Shown one piece after another: positions 47,637 through 52,648 of a stretch of DNA of 52,648 nucleotides. This DNA is from Candidatus Gottesmanbacteria bacterium (GTDB taxonomy: Bacteria; Patescibacteriota; Microgenomatia; UBA10105; UBA927). Where the stretch lies: contig JACPFZ010000026.1 of assembly GCA_016182725.1 (NCBI GenBank), forward strand, positions 1 to 52,648, in the 5' to 3' direction. A model generated the notes under the pieces. That model saw only the letters and a list, made by a program, of their open reading frames with translations, made no database searches and was not told where the DNA came from. Numbering within the stretch: position 1 is the stretch's first letter; each line of letters starts with the position of its first letter. The position numbers and the translations under genes were made by a program.

Positions 47637-49541
47637 ATGATGGAGAAAACTATGGCAGGATGCGCGTGTGAACAAAGTAAAGGAATGTATTTATCTTCTT
47701 ATGACGATGTTGTTGAGCAACTTAAAGTATCAACTCCAACGTTGAGTGAACACGAGGTTCGTGTGCAAGCCGCTCAAACATTCCGTCCTCGATATCATCA
47801 AGATAAAATATCAGAAAAGCGCGAGGCAGCGAACTTACCAGAATACGAGATAGGCCACTTTACACTAACTGACAGTGGTGATGTTCGATATATCGAATAT
47901 GGAAAAACACTTGAGGAAATGCAACAAAGTCAAATACGTCAACGACCTGATGAATACTCACCAGAAGAACATCAAACTTCCCGGATGATCCAAGAAGCGT
48001 TCAGAAATGGGGCTACCGTGGTTTCTACGGTGTATGCCCGCAATGACGGTGAACACCGTGATATTCTTGTTATGAAATACGATCCGGTAACTCGTATTGG
48101 GACAGCATCAATTATCAATACAGCCATAGAGGGAACATATCATTCTTTTACATCGGTTCACATGCTTTCTCGTCAGCAATTTACCAGTCTAGCAGAATCA
48201 AAACCGGCAGAAAGAGTATTTATTCTTTCTGATGTGAAAGTAGAAGAACAACGGGGTAACGAGATTGTTCAAGAGGTACAGCAGATTGCTTCAGAAGTTA
48301 GTAAGACGAATCCTGTTAAAGAACGTGGTTATTGGAGGCAAGATACGTCGAGTATTCCAGAAAGAGACAGTATAGATAGGGATACATTGATGCCTCAACA
48401 TGTAGTTTTAGAAAATACTCCCCAATCCCAGAGTGTAATAATGGGATTTGTTAAAGAAGGGGAGGAAACTGGAAGGCGCGTAGTTAAAGATACTATTGCA
48501 ACGTTTTCGAAAGTGGCAGAGGTGGTGCGCGATAGTCCAATGAACGAAAACAAAAGGTCTGAAAGTCAGCCAGTTTTGGTGCAAGGTATTGAAGATTCTA
48601 AGCGGACAAAGAAAACACAGAATGATAGTAAACAGAAAAATTCCATGTTGATTATAGAGGAAACTCAAGAATCTCAAGAAGAAAAATATTTACCAAAACA
48701 ACAACACCGTAGAGTTAAAGAGTATTTACGAGTAGCAATGCAGAACAAATTGACGGAGGTTGCTCGTGTAAGAGCATCGGTAATTTTAGCAGCAAAGGTT
48801 CACTCTGTAAGTAAAACAGAAAGAAGAAGTTTCAGAGAGCTAAAGAAAAAATTACAAGAGAAAAAGGTACACTACCTGAAAGGGTTGAACCCTGTTTTGG
48901 GGCGTTACGAAAGAATAAAAAGAGAAACACGATTATTTTTACGACGTAAGGAAAAGAGACAGAAAAAGCAACAAGATCAATTGAGTAGTGTCTTGGTTTG
49001 GTTGGCCAACAAGATAGCCAAAAAAGAAAAACCCATTCAGGTTGATAAGCCAACCATACAAAAACCACAGAAAGAGATTACATCTGAAAGACGCCTTCAG
49101 ATTTGTTATCATGTTCTAGAACATGATAACAAATCTCATATGATAAGAAGGTTGAAGAAAGAGAAGGTTCTAGAGTTTTCTTTTGCTTGGATGCTTTGGA
49201 TACTTTTGCAATCACTGCGGGAGGAGAAAGTATCCTTCTTTACAACCATTTTTCAACAGCACTTCGATGTATCGATACATCGAAGTGAGCTGACAGGTGA
49301 GGAAAAGGCAAAGACAACTTCATTAGTAGAGATAAATAATTTGAGATCAATGGATAGGTTAGTTGAAAACGAACCGACCCACTGGGTGCTGTTGGCGATT
49401 ATTTGGTATTTGGCGATGATTCGGGAAGGAGGAATGAGTAATTATCCAATAAAAAGGCAGGGACAAAAAAGATTGGTACACACGGGAGTAATATTTGCCT
49501 ATCAGCCGCCAGTTCGTGCTATGATGGAGATATATGGATGA
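47637..49541 (+). CDS. Large hypothetical protein, Lys/Glu-rich with C-terminal hydrophobic helices
   Basis: 634-aa ORF preceded by GGAGG. No motif recognised. It contains a 38-bp perfect palindrome at 49099-49136. Confidence 0.5.
   Translation: MMEKTMAGCACEQSKGMYLSSYDDVVEQLKVSTPTLSEHEVRVQAAQTFRPRYHQDKISEKREAANLPEYEIGHFTLTDSGDVRYIEYGKTLEEMQQSQIRQRPDEYSPEEHQTSRMIQEAFRNGATVVSTVYARNDGEHRDILVMKYDPVTRIGTASIINTAIEGTYHSFTSVHMLSRQQFTSLAESKPAERVFILSDVKVEEQRGNEIVQEVQQIASEVSKTNPVKERGYWRQDTSSIPERDSIDRDTLMPQHVVLENTPQSQSVIMGFVKEGEETGRRVVKDTIATFSKVAEVVRDSPMNENKRSESQPVLVQGIEDSKRTKKTQNDSKQKNSMLIIEETQESQEEKYLPKQQHRRVKEYLRVAMQNKLTEVARVRASVILAAKVHSVSKTERRSFRELKKKLQEKKVHYLKGLNPVLGRYERIKRETRLFLRRKEKRQKKQQDQLSSVLVWLANKIAKKEKPIQVDKPTIQKPQKEITSERRLQICYHVLEHDNKSHMIRRLKKEKVLEFSFAWMLWILLQSLREEKVSFFTTIFQQHFDVSIHRSELTGEEKAKTTSLVEINNLRSMDRLVENEPTHWVLLAIIWYLAMIREGGMSNYPIKRQGQKRLVHTGVIFAYQPPVRAMMEIYG
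49099..49136. repeat. 38-bp perfect palindrome (copy B) inside a CDS
   Basis: AGATTTGTTATCATGTTCT|AGAACATGATAACAAATCT. It has the same 28-bp core as 36518-36545. Confidence 0.9.
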
Positions 49542-49923
49542 TGTAGTGAAAAGCACCCCGAGTGTGCCCAGCGGGGGATTAGGTATTGGCGGAAAAGAAA
49601 AGGAAGTTGTCGGCGCTATCGCCGGCGAACTCCCATTGACGCCGGTGGGGCAGGAAGCGGAGCTTCCGAAGGAAGTTGCTTCAGCTGGAGTAAGCGCACA
49701 ACCCACGAGCATTTCTATCCCGCCAAACGTTTCGCAAATGGGGGTTACGCCACTGGGACAAAATGTTTCCGCAACGCCGAGTGGAGGGACCGTTACATTA
49801 CCGCTTTCCGATGATCAGATTGCCCAGGGAATGCGACAAAACATCACCAATTCCTGGCGTTGGCTTGCGCAGTGGTGCAAACGAAGGTTAATGCAGATTC
49901 ATGCTCGATTACGGGGAAGTTAA
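49534..49923 (+). CDS. Small hypothetical protein (Pro/Gly/Ser-rich N-terminus, basic Trp-rich C-terminus)
   Basis: 129-aa ORF overlapping the upstream stop by 8 nt. The C-terminus is NSWRWLAQWCKRRLMQIHARL. Confidence 0.45.
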   Translation: MDDVVKSTPSVPSGGLGIGGKEKEVVGAIAGELPLTPVGQEAELPKEVASAGVSAQPTSISIPPNVSQMGVTPLGQNVSATPSGGTVTLPLSDDQIAQGMRQNITNSWRWLAQWCKRRLMQIHARLRGS

Positions 49924-50015
49924 ACAATTCTTGTCACTCCGCATCATAAGAATGTGCGGAGTACAGAGGCCACTGGGCTCCCGCTTGAGAAAGCGGATCG
50001 CCTGTGGACACTAGT

Positions 50016-52364
50016 ATGCCCGATATTTTTCTTGATCTTGTCTACCGATTAGAAGTACTCACGATAAGCCTCATTATTACGGCCATTCTTTTTGGTGGAA
50101 TTGCTGGTCTTGCCTACATTGTTTTTCTTCTTTGGAAGTATCGCGATCGGGAACAGCGTTCTCTGGATTATATTTTGTTGCAGGTAGCCGTGCCCCGCGA
50201 CAACGAAATTAAAATTGATGCGGCGGAACAGTTGTTTGCCAGTCTTCACGCGATTTTTAAAGGCGGTTTCTGGTCCTTTCTTACGCCGCAGCCGCACATT
50301 TCCTTTGAAATTGTTGCGAAAGCGGAAGATATTCGTTTTTATGTGTCTGTACCAAGGAAGCTTACCGATCTTGTCGAAAAGCAGATTCATGGTGCGTATC
50401 CGGGAGCGGACATTAAAGAAGTTGAGGAATACAACATTTTTTCCAAAGAGGGAAAAGTAGCATTTGCGGCGCTGCGACTAAAAAATACAGATTATCTCCC
50501 TATCCGTATTTACCGTGATTTGCCCACGGATCCGTTATCTTCTGTTACGTCGGTTCTGGCCAAGATGCAGGGGAGTGAAGGAGCTGCCATACAAATTCTC
50601 ATCCAACCCACGAGTGGCACGTGGCGATCGTTCGGTCGTTCCTATATTTCTAAAGTGAAAAAAAACGAAGCAAATCCGGAAAAGGCAAGCTTCAAAGTGG
50701 ACCAAAAGTCTCTGGAAGCAATCGAGCAAAAAACCAGTAAACCCGGATTTAAGGCGGTCGTTCGACTCGTTGTATCTTCTGATAGTGGGGAGTCGGCAAA
50801 GCTTCACCTGCAAAATCTGCTTTCGGCCTTTGAGCAGTTTTCGTCAGACTCCAACAACTTCAAGAAAGTGCGCTTGCCTCTTGCAAAATTATTCATGGTT
50901 GATTTTATTTATCGTTATTTTCCGATGTTTAGCATTCCATTTTTTCAGCAGTACAGCGTTCTTAACAGCGATGAACTTGCGACCATCTACCACTTTCCCA
51001 ATAAATCCGTTGAGACACCGCATATCTTTTGGCTCAATGCCAAAAGGGCCCCTGCTCCGGCGCAGATCCCCACCAGCGGTATGTTTTTAGGGAAATCCCG
51101 CTACCGGGGGATCGAGCGGCCGATTTACATCGATAACGACGATCGCAGGCGCCACGTCTACATCATCGGGAAAACCGGTACCGGAAAGAGCCAGCTTCTG
51201 GAAGAAATGATCATGCAGGATATTGAAGCGGGTCGGGGAGCGGCAGTTATTGATCCGCACGGAGATCTGATTGACGGCGTCCTCTCACGGATCCCGCCGT
51301 CGCGGGCGGAAGACGTCATTTATTTTGACCCTTCAGACATCGAACGGCCGATGGGCCTCAATATGCTCGAAGCTAAAACCGAGGAGCAGAAGCATTTTGT
51401 CGTCACCTCCATCGTCGGCCTCATGTACAAGCTCTACGACCCTATGAAAACCGGTATCATCGGCCCCAGGTTTGAACATGCCATCAGAAATGCGATGCTC
51501 ACGGTCATGAGCGAGCCAGGGAATACCTTTGTTGAGGTGGTTCGGGTACTTACGGATAGTTCTTTCGTGCAGGAACTTCTGCCGAAAGTGACTGATCCGA
51601 TTATCCGCCGGTACTGGACCGATCAGATAGCGCAAACCGCTGATTTTCATAAATCTGAAGTGCTGGATTACATTGTATCCAAATTTGGCCGGTTCGTCAC
51701 CAATAAACTCATGCGTAACATCATCGGCCAGTCGGACTCAAGTTTTGACTTTCGTAGCGTGATGGATGAAGGGAAGATTCTTCTCGTTAACCTTGCGAAG
51801 GGAAAGATCGGGGAGGAAAACAGTAACTTTCTGGGCCTTATTTTGGTCCCGCGCATCCTGATCTCTGCCATGAGCAGGCAAGAGCTTCCGGAGGAGCAAA
51901 GGCGGGATTTTTACCTCTATGTGGATGAGTTTCAAAATTTCGCCACACCCGATTTTGCCCAAATTCTCTCTGAAGCGCGTAAGTACAGACTCAACTTAAC
52001 GGTTGCGAATCAATTTATCGGCCAAATGGAAGAAGAGGTAAAAAACGCGGTATTTGGCAATGTGGGAACTTTGATTACCTTCCGCGTGGGCGTGACGGAT
52101 GCCAATTACTTGCAGCATGAGTTCCAGCCCACATTTAACGAACCCGATCTTATCAACATTGACCGATTTAATGCGTATGTCAAAACGATCGTCCGCAATG
52201 AACCGGTGAAGCCTTTTAGTATGGATTTGACCAAAGATATGGCAAAAGTGAATGCAATGCGCAGTCCCGCAGTTGCCCGTGCCATCATCCAGCTTTCGCG
52301 CCTCAAATACGGCCGCTCCAAAGAGCTGGTCGAAGCGGAAATTGCCCAACGCGCGAGGCTTTAG
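50016..52364 (+). CDS. Type IV secretion coupling protein (VirD4/TraD/TraG)-like membrane ATPase
   Basis: N-terminal TM helix, Walker A IIGKTGTGKSQLL, Walker B FYLYVDEFQNFAT and RKYRLNLTVANQFIGQ. The start is taken at ATG 50016; the ORF track uses GTG 50004. Confidence 0.65.
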   Translation: MPDIFLDLVYRLEVLTISLIITAILFGGIAGLAYIVFLLWKYRDREQRSLDYILLQVAVPRDNEIKIDAAEQLFASLHAIFKGGFWSFLTPQPHISFEIVAKAEDIRFYVSVPRKLTDLVEKQIHGAYPGADIKEVEEYNIFSKEGKVAFAALRLKNTDYLPIRIYRDLPTDPLSSVTSVLAKMQGSEGAAIQILIQPTSGTWRSFGRSYISKVKKNEANPEKASFKVDQKSLEAIEQKTSKPGFKAVVRLVVSSDSGESAKLHLQNLLSAFEQFSSDSNNFKKVRLPLAKLFMVDFIYRYFPMFSIPFFQQYSVLNSDELATIYHFPNKSVETPHIFWLNAKRAPAPAQIPTSGMFLGKSRYRGIERPIYIDNDDRRRHVYIIGKTGTGKSQLLEEMIMQDIEAGRGAAVIDPHGDLIDGVLSRIPPSRAEDVIYFDPSDIERPMGLNMLEAKTEEQKHFVVTSIVGLMYKLYDPMKTGIIGPRFEHAIRNAMLTVMSEPGNTFVEVVRVLTDSSFVQELLPKVTDPIIRRYWTDQIAQTADFHKSEVLDYIVSKFGRFVTNKLMRNIIGQSDSSFDFRSVMDEGKILLVNLAKGKIGEENSNFLGLILVPRILISAMSRQELPEEQRRDFYLYVDEFQNFATPDFAQILSEARKYRLNLTVANQFIGQMEEEVKNAVFGNVGTLITFRVGVTDANYLQHEFQPTFNEPDLINIDRFNAYVKTIVRNEPVKPFSMDLTKDMAKVNAMRSPAVARAIIQLSRLKYGRSKELVEAEIAQRARL

Positions 52365-52515
52365 GGATACTCCTTTAAGGACTAACCTTTCAAGATTTTC
52401 AAGACAAGAGTGCCGCATCGTTGTAGAAATGGTAAAAATCGAACACCGTCAAGGAGTATACAAATAGGTGTTTTCCCTCTTTACATTTTTCCCAAATGCA
52501 GTAGTGTAGGTAATT

Positions 52516-52648
52516 ATGCACATTGCGTTTACGTTTAATGTCCGGCATACCAAGCCAGGCTACGAAAAAGAAGCGCAGAGTGAAGCGGAGTTTGATGAGC
52601 CTAAAACGATTACTGCTATCCATCAAGCCATTGTTGATAACGGGTATG
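52516..52648 (+). CDS. ATP-grasp (D-Ala-D-Ala ligase family)-like protein, N-terminal fragment running off the right edge
   Basis: ATG 52516 opens MHIAFTFNVRHTKPGYEKEAQSEAEFDEPKTITAIHQAIVDNGY, which resembles the N-termini of Ddl-family ATP-grasp proteins. Only 44 codons are visible. Confidence 0.4.
   Translation, partial: MHIAFTFNVRHTKPGYEKEAQSEAEFDEPKTITAIHQAIVDNGY

Noticed and set aside
1-52648. Alternative genetic code (UGA recoding as in Gracilibacteria/Absconditabacteria) and CRISPR arrays
   Set aside because: TGA terminates well-supported genes (transaldolase-like, pilB, pilC). Long ORFs are intact under code 11. The only tandem repeats are 2-3.4 copies of 7-14 nt units, and there is no repeat-spacer array.

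Overview
This 52.6-kb chromosomal window uses the standard genetic code (TAA, TAG and TGA all end long ORFs). Genes are tightly packed or overlapping, and the gene set looks like a reduced CPR/Patescibacteria-type bacterium; that lineage call is inference only. Left to right it contains: (1) a heptose-phosphate sugar cluster (GHMP kinase, GmhA-like, transaldolase-like, GmhB-like); (2) a membrane-anchored IS200/RAYT-like-SH3b fusion beside the longest non-coding gap (883 bp), which carries GC-rich hairpins; (3) a nucleotidyltransferase gene broken by one in-frame TAG; (4) two GT-C-type membrane glycosyltransferase candidates; (5) an AbiEii-type toxin gene; (6) a type IV pilus cluster with pilB disrupted by a deletion plus frameshift, pilC, several pilin-like genes including a 636-aa LVIVD-repeat pilin, and the major pilin; (7) an RRM RNA-binding protein; (8) two tandem class A PBPs; (9) sodA, a PP2C phosphatase and a GapN-like aldehyde dehydrogenase; (10) two VapBC modules; (11) a long nucleotide-salvage operon (LOG/SLOG-like, two PRTases, dNK, HD, guaA) with IMPDH-like and CMP-kinase-like genes beside it; (12) nrdR, a class II (B12) ribonucleotide reductase carrying two LAGLIDADG inteins, and a PduO-type adenosyltransferase; (13) a riboswitch-like structured leader; (14) a 634-aa orphan, a 129-aa protein and a T4SS coupling-protein-like ATPase. 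I saw no rRNA, tRNA or CRISPR array. The most notable unexplained signal is a 138-204 bp long-hairpin element with conserved ends CCAGGTAGT...ACTACCTGG. It occurs three times, and each copy ends 1 nt before the next gene's ATG; two of the three also abut or contain the upstream stop codon. A perfect palindrome with an identical 28-bp core also occurs twice, once inside a CDS.
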